Shown here: positions 6,670 through 9,917 of the stretch, in pieces | Layout: every line of letters begins with the position of its first letter | Position numbering within the stretch: the first letter of the stretch is position 1 | UHGV virus genome: UHGV-0207821 | Length of the DNA stretch: 9,917 bases | Origin: a virus | Direction: 5' to 3' (one strand) | Position numbers and translations under genes: made by a program | Notes under the pieces: generated by a model | What the model was told of the DNA's origin: nothing | The model's input: only the letters and a program-made list of their open reading frames with translations | Databases searched by the model: none

Positions 6670-6972
6670 ATGTCTGTATACAAAAATGCAAAATCGCAAA
6701 TGACAACGATCAGGGTTCCCCACGATGTTATGGAGGGCATGGAATCCGTAAAACTGGACGGCGAAAGCAACGCCGGATTCATAGTAACCGCCATGCGCGG
6801 TGAGATCGCTCGCCGGCAGGCAGAAGGAAGAGGAGAAAATCCCTTGGTTTCTTCGCTCGATGCACTGGCGCAGGTGGAAAAAATCGGTGTCAAAGCAGCC
6901 GAGGAGATCGGGCAACTCGTCACCGTCGCGCGTGAAGAACTCCAGCGGCGCAAGGCCAAAGAACCAGAGTAA
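6670..6972 (+). CDS. Ribbon-helix-helix (CopG/Arc-like) transcriptional regulator, candidate element repressor
   Basis: N-terminal MTTIRVPHDVMEGMESVKLDGESNAGFIVTAMRGEIARRQ fits the RHH strand-helix-G-x-S-x-N-helix pattern. SD GGTGA 6 nt before ATG 6670. Charged, helical composition. Confidence 0.6.
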   Translation: MSVYKNAKSQMTTIRVPHDVMEGMESVKLDGESNAGFIVTAMRGEIARRQAEGRGENPLVSSLDALAQVEKIGVKAAEEIGQLVTVAREELQRRKAKEPE

Positions 6973-7029
6973 TCACCATCAGCGCCGTGGTGTAAGGTAT
7001 TACGGCGCATTGCTATGCAGGACAACACA

Positions 7030-7203
7030 ATGACCGATAAAGAATTGACCAAAACATTATCACCGGCACGGAAAAGACGGCGCAGAAAGATAGAGCATGA
7101 ATCAGAAAGATTCGCGCCATGTGCTTTTGCTCTTGAGAAATTCCTTAAAGAGCACAGGAAAAAGCTCTCGTTGCAAACCTTGGAACGAACCAAATCTGAC
7201 TGA
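7030..7203 (+). CDS. Small basic protein, hypothetical
   Basis: 57 aa from ATG 7030 (SD AGGA 7 nt upstream); very basic (RKRRRRK). Co-oriented with the RHH gene and followed by a terminator. ATG 7015 is an alternative start. Confidence 0.4.
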   Translation: MTDKELTKTLSPARKRRRRKIEHESERFAPCAFALEKFLKEHRKKLSLQTLERTKSD

Positions 7204-7676
7204 TCACATTGCCCACCAGCCGCAAATGTGGCATTGTTGGTGATGCTCATGCGTTGGGGATAACGTGTAGCTTGTGTCGAGGGGCCACCGTAGCGGGTGG
7301 CCTTTGTTTTGCCTGTTATCCGGCAATTGTGGCGCTTCGCCACACGGTTGATATAATCCCACTGCTCAGATTCATTTTTTGCGCAGTAGGTTAATTGTTC
7401 ACAAAGGCGCTCCGGCAACGGGGCGCTTTTTGTTTTTATTAGTTTGTAGAAACCTGACTCAGAGATAATGCTCATATTCTGATTGCCGTCAGGGGGGTAA
7501 GTTAAATTTACTCCCTTTTCATCAAGCATCTGCAACGCTCTGGCGTTAATAATATTGGTTTCACTCCCGCCAATAAGGCCGGAAATAACCGGAATAATTT
7601 CAGCGAAATTTTGCAGATTCTGGTTTTCAGGCCGAACGAAGCCCCGCCCCTGTACAGGCGTATATCCAGTATTCAT
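7204..7676 (-). CDS. Possible Bro-N/antirepressor-like protein; 3' end undefined because the frame has no stop until 6093
   Basis: N-terminal ~125 aa from ATG 7676 look protein-like; NMSIISESGFYKLIKTKSAP resembles the Bro-N/antirepressor signature (weak, from memory). Beyond about 7300 the translation turns Cys/Ser-rich and runs antisense through the RHH operon and the operator region. The 7204 end is arbitrary. Confidence 0.3.
7283..7310 (+). terminator. Rho-independent terminator of the plus-strand regulator operon
   Basis: GGCCACC (7283-7289), loop GTAGCG, GGTGGCC (7296-7302), then TTTGTTTT (7303-7310). Confidence 0.55.
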
Positions 7677-7728
7677 GGTTAAATCTCTGTATTAGTGGAT
7701 GGGTGGCGGCTGTGTGCCGCCAGCCTGA

Positions 7729-7917
7729 TTAGTGAACTGCCTCGCGGCTGTCCTTCCATGCCAGAACTTCGGATAAAGACCAGCCAACGGAACGACCACC
7801 GAGTTTACGCCGTGATGGGAATTGTCCAGTCTTCTCCAGGCGATACCGACATGAGCGGCTCAGGCCTGTAAGTTGCTGACATTCTTTTTCACGTATAAAG
7901 CGATCTGTGCTTAACAC
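7729..7917 (-). CDS. alpA: AlpA-family (excisionase/Vis-like) transcriptional regulator
   Basis: LSTDRFIREKECQQLTGLSRSCRYRLEKTGQFPSRRKLGGRSVGWSLSEVLAWKD is a classic AlpA HTH. Start proposed at GTG 7917, preceded by AAAGGGGGA. The ORF-track ATG at 8025 would add a low-complexity T/N/P-rich extension. Confidence 0.7.
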   Translation of the reverse strand: MLSTDRFIREKECQQLTGLSRSCRYRLEKTGQFPSRRKLGGRSVGWSLSEVLAWKDSREAVH

Positions 7918-8285
7918 AATTCCCCCTTTGTTGTTTCTTAAAGAGTCATTGGGTGGATTATTGGGTTGGGTTGTGTCGGATTGTGTCAGGGTGTTTATGG
8001 AATGGCAAACACTGGTGGCGGTCATTTTACAGAAGTGGGGGTAGTGAGAATAAAAATCCTTTTAATTCATTATGATGTAAAGGCATAAAATTCTGTTTTT
8101 ACGCCTTTTTTACATGTTTTTAAGAGTGATTCGCCAATGTACAAAAAGCCAGTAAAACGACTGAAAATCAACTTTTTAGGGTGTCAGTCAGATGATAATC
8201 AAGTTTGTTCCAGATTGTTCGCCGTTGTTCGTCGTGGTGTCTCGTTGTTTCACGTTGTGTCCGTTCTAAAAAATCGCAAAAAAAA

Positions 8286-9533
8286 TTATATTTCTCTGGC
8301 TATTGGCAGTGTGGTTACGTTTTCGTGAGTGCCTGCCAGTATCTCTAACCGCTCTGTCCACATGTCCAGCGCATTACGTTTCGCATCGAGATAACGGGAG
8401 TGGTTATAGACTCGCTGCATCCCTGGCATCTGGTGAGCGGTGAGTTGTTCGACAATATGCGGATCCACGCCTAAATCGTTCAGCATCGTGGTAAACGTGC
8501 GCCGTATATCGTGTAGTGACCAGTGCGGATGGTTTAATTTTTTGTGCATGAATCTGCCGTATTGCGACACACTGGCTTCCTGTTTCAGTTCCCCGAGTAA
8601 TAGCCCTGTGTGTCTGTTCTGCTCCACCAGCTGCGTGACGAACGGTAAAATGCTTTCCGGTATTGGCCTGAATATGGCGACCTTCGTTTTGCTGTGCTCT
8701 TTCGGTACTGTCCAGAGCATTTCCTTAAAATCCCACTCCCTGATCTCCGATAATCTCAGTTCTCCGGTTCGGCAGCCGAACACAATCAGGAGGCGGATTA
8801 GTGCGCTGTAGTAGGGCGGGAATATTTTTTTATCCAGCGCCTGTAATAATTCGCCAAGTTCTTTGTTGCTCAGCACGCGTTCGCTTATGCCTGGTTTTTT
8901 GCCAACGTCCACCACGTTAAGATCATCCAGAACGTTACTGACTGCGTAGCGACGTTTACGGCAGAACTTAAGCGCCTGTTTACACGCCTGCATCATGTGA
9001 CCAGACGTTACAGGGGATTTTTTGCGTATCCGGTCAAAACAGGCCAGCCAGTGACGTAACTCGCATTTATCCAGTGGCATATTGCCAATATGCTGTATGA
9101 CGTGATTATTCAGGCGGCTTTTCAGGCATACGTAATCGACACGGTTTTCCTTTACGTGCATTTCCAGCCAGTAGCTGATCGCATCACCCACCGTTACCGG
9201 CTTTAGTGCTTCCTGTATGGAGTAATTAAGCTCATGGCGTGGATTTTTTCCTTCTGCCAGCCATGCGCGACACTGTGCCGCTTTTTCCCTGGCTGCTTTC
9301 AGGCTCAGATCAGGATAATTTCCCAGCTTCAGGCGTTCCGGTGATACCTGGCGTCCAGCTCCTGCTCTGTAGGTGAAATACCAGGTTAACAAGCCGCTGG
9401 TGGAATGCCTGACGCTCAGGTTTCCACCGTCATTAAGAAATGTGGTTTTTGGGGCTGGTGTGCCGTTGATTTTTCTTAGCTGTGTATCGCTCAGTTTGTT
9501 AAGTGCTCTGCTCATAATTTTGAATCCGGTCAT
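8286..9533 (-). CDS. int: Tyrosine site-specific integrase, P4-family type
   Basis: N-terminal LSDTQLRKI...DGGNLSVRHS...LLTWYFTYR typical of P4-family integrases; C-terminal catalytic region with HDIRRTF and VYNHSRY (tyrosine nucleophile). ATG at 9533; the ORF track starts at GTG 9536, and ATG 9515 is also possible. Confidence 0.9.
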   Translation of the reverse strand: MTGFKIMSRALNKLSDTQLRKINGTPAPKTTFLNDGGNLSVRHSTSGLLTWYFTYRAGAGRQVSPERLKLGNYPDLSLKAAREKAAQCRAWLAEGKNPRHELNYSIQEALKPVTVGDAISYWLEMHVKENRVDYVCLKSRLNNHVIQHIGNMPLDKCELRHWLACFDRIRKKSPVTSGHMMQACKQALKFCRKRRYAVSNVLDDLNVVDVGKKPGISERVLSNKELGELLQALDKKIFPPYYSALIRLLIVFGCRTGELRLSEIREWDFKEMLWTVPKEHSKTKVAIFRPIPESILPFVTQLVEQNRHTGLLLGELKQEASVSQYGRFMHKKLNHPHWSLHDIRRTFTTMLNDLGVDPHIVEQLTAHQMPGMQRVYNHSRYLDAKRNALDMWTERLEILAGTHENVTTLPIAREI

Positions 9534-9538
9534 CACAA

Positions 9539-9562
9539 TTAACTACACCATTAACTACACCG
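9539..9562. repeat. Perfect 12-bp tandem repeat (x2) abutting the integrase start
   Basis: TTAACTACACC(A) at 9539-9550 and TTAACTACACC(G) at 9551-9562. Confidence 0.8.
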
Positions 9563-9586
9563 ATCATTGCACAAGGGGGTACAACG

Positions 9587-9606
9587 TGGAACAAGTTGGA
9601 ACAAGA
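9587..9606. repeat. 10-bp tandem repeat TGGAACAAG(T/A) x2 in the integrase upstream region
   Basis: TGGAACAAGT at 9587-9596 and TGGAACAAGA at 9597-9606, one helical turn apart. Confidence 0.7.
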
Positions 9607-9720
9607 AAAATTGCAATGAGCTTAAAAATCAAAAACATAATGAACAACGTGGCACATTATGAAACAGCAAAAAACACTAATTTATAAAATCACGATATTA
9701 ATAATGTAACTTATATTTTC

Positions 9721-9773
9721 GTGAAATCTGTCACTGAAGAAAATTGGCAACTAAAGGTTAAAACCGTTATAAC
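9721..9773 (+). promoter_or_regulatory. Candidate sigma70 promoter with CRP-like half-sites for the downstream sRNA
   Basis: GTGA-N6-TCAC at 9721-9734 (CRP core TGTGA-N6-TCACA); -35-like TTGGCA 9744-9749; 18-bp spacer; -10-like TATAAC 9768-9773; predicted start near 9780. Confidence 0.4.
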
Positions 9774-9779
9774 ACAGTC

Positions 9780-9873
9780 ACCGGCGCAGAGGAGACAATG
9801 CCGGATTTAAGACGCGGATGCACTGCTGTGTGTACTGTAGAGTCTGGCGGATGTCGACAGACTCTATTTTTTT
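9780..9873 (+). ncRNA. mcaS: About 94-nt sRNA with four GGA motifs, McaS(IsrA)-like
   Basis: Promoter-to-terminator unit with no ORF. 5' stem-loop CCGGC...GCCGG; GGA motifs in single-stranded or loop contexts (GAGGAGA, CCGGATT, GCGGATG twice); terminal hairpin plus U7. Sequence matches my recollection of E. coli McaS, a CsrA-binding sRNA; not verifiable here. Confidence 0.55.
9838..9873 (+). terminator. Rho-independent terminator of the sRNA
   Basis: TAGAGTCTG (9838-9846) pairs with CAGACTCTA (9858-9866); 11-nt loop containing GGA; followed by TTTTTTT (9867-9873). Confidence 0.7.
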
Positions 9874-9917
9874 ATGCAGTTTTAACTTTGCAGATAGCCG
9901 CATTCTCGCCGGAATTG

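Noticed and set aside
6093-7676. The 527-aa ORF as a single genuine protein
   Set aside because: Residues after about 125 are Cys/Ser-rich and overlap a well-formed RHH gene, a terminator and the operator repeats on the other strand. Only the N-terminal part is kept as a low-confidence CDS, and the anomaly is reported as a finding.
7729-8025. AlpA with the 98-aa ATG start at 8025
   Set aside because: The first 35 residues are low-complexity T/N/P-rich and precede a strong AAAGGGGGA Shine-Dalgarno before GTG 7917; the shorter 62-aa form matches typical AlpA length. The long form is not excluded.
8137-8811. Plus-strand ORFs 8137-8328 and 8440-8811
   Set aside because: The first lies in the AT-rich int-alpA intergenic region and the second is antisense to the integrase; neither has protein-like composition.
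9373-9687. Plus-strand 104-aa ORF across the integrase start and tandem repeats
   Set aside because: It overlaps the integrase N-terminus antisense and runs through repeat and AT-rich promoter DNA; low-complexity translation.
9537-9917. tRNA or tmRNA gene as the integration target
   Set aside because: No T-loop-like GGTTCGAATCC-type sequence or cloverleaf-compatible segment on either strand; the only structured RNA candidate is the sRNA at 9780-9873.

Overview
Almost the whole window is one end of a compact integrated mobile element with phage-satellite architecture (PICI/P4-like), read from translations and motifs only; no database search was possible. On the minus strand, from right to left: tyrosine integrase (8286-9533), AlpA-type regulator (7729-7917), a regulatory switch with operator-like repeats (6462-6669) facing a plus-strand RHH regulator operon (6670-7203), then a translationally coupled operon of small unknown proteins, a RepA/DnaB-like replication helicase (3694-5109), an iteron array (3504-3694), SSB (2822-3244), lambda gpE-like major capsid (1564-2610), lambda gpD-like decoration protein (1213-1554), an AlpA/MerR-like HTH protein (818-1201), a lambda-type cos site (cosN 750-761) and a Nu1-like small terminase (74-616). 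No portal, protease, scaffold, large terminase, tail or lysis gene is in the window, though the element continues past the left edge. The right edge (9780-9873) carries a plus-strand sRNA unit that I recognise from memory as McaS-like, so one insertion boundary probably lies in 9563-9720. Best candidate for something new: a satellite carrying its own capsid and decoration genes plus a lambda-identical cosN and Nu1 homolog, which would let it both remodel capsids and hijack lambda-type packaging. No tRNA, CRISPR array or IS element was seen.
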